DNA of 64,000 nucleotides from Alphaproteobacteria bacterium (lineage in GTDB: Bacteria; Pseudomonadota; Alphaproteobacteria; Rickettsiales; JABDBP01), in assembly GCA_013288565.1 (NCBI GenBank), contig JABDBP010000003.1, positions 11,671 to 75,670 of the forward strand. The letters are read 5' to 3'. The notes beneath the pieces are model-generated. The model made no database searches, had not been told where the DNA came from, and saw nothing but the letters and a program-made list of their open reading frames with translations. The position numbers and the translations under genes are program-made. Position 1 is the first letter of the stretch. The number at the start of each line of letters is the position of its first letter. This document shows positions 63,741 through 64,000 of the stretch, in pieces.

Positions 63741-64000
63741 ATGCCGGCAGGTGTGAAATCTGGTAAAATAAACAGCGAGTATTTGTTGCGGCTGAAGAAT
63801 TCTTTCTTGGCTAGTAGGCCGCTGGTATCGTTCGAGTTTTTTCCCCCAAAAACGCCAGAGATGGAGGAAAAGCTCTGGCGCTCGGTGAAAAAGCTGGAAG
63901 TGTTGCGGCCGCGGTTCGTTTCGGTCACCTATGGTGCAGGCGGTTCAACGCGCGAGCGTACCCATAAAACCGTCGTTCGTATATTAAAGGAAACCGCATT
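63741..64000 (+). CDS. metF: 5,10-methylenetetrahydrofolate reductase (3' partial)
   Basis: This ORF is not in the track, so I translated it by hand. The product [75 protein letters not shown] carries the MetF N-terminal signature. It runs off the right edge. Confidence 0.85.
   Translation, partial: MPAGVKSGKINSEYLLRLKNSFLASRPLVSFEFFPPKTPEMEEKLWRSVKKLEVLRPRFVSVTYGAGGSTRERTHKTVVRILKETA

Overview
This is a chromosomal window, probably from an alphaproteobacterium. That call is inferred from gene order and content: SRP RNA-dnaX-ybaB-recR, parC-recO-era-rnc-lepB, PhaR, MlaA/MlaC and ftsK. The housekeeping backbone is interrupted by several inserts that look AT-rich by eye.

The most interesting block is a low-GC three-gene cassette at 6.7-10.8 kb. 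It encodes a DUF4338/DruA-like protein, a NurA-like nuclease and a HerA-like ATPase. I do not recognise this combination as a described system and propose it as a candidate defence module.

Other accessory content:
- A LapG-like periplasmic cysteine protease lies next to a membrane receptor whose HD-GYP domain has lost nearly all metal ligands.
- A five-gene pilus-like locus has DUF4402-type subunits, a PapD-like chaperone and a 1120-aa putative usher equivalent.
- A 5.3 kb integrase-less islet at tRNA-Phe is bounded by a duplicated tRNA 3' end and 88-bp direct repeats. It carries a divergent SF2-helicase-like protein and a protein built from seven mosaic 92-aa repeats.
- A 757-aa coiled-coil protein sits between tRNA-Ser and tRNA-Met.
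- A glycan-modification cluster includes a Rieske plus metallo-beta-lactamase (CMAH-like) protein.
- A palindromic MITE-like element family has three copies.
- A truncated anti-sigma paralogue remains as a gene remnant.

All functional calls come from motifs read by eye in the supplied translations. No database search was run.
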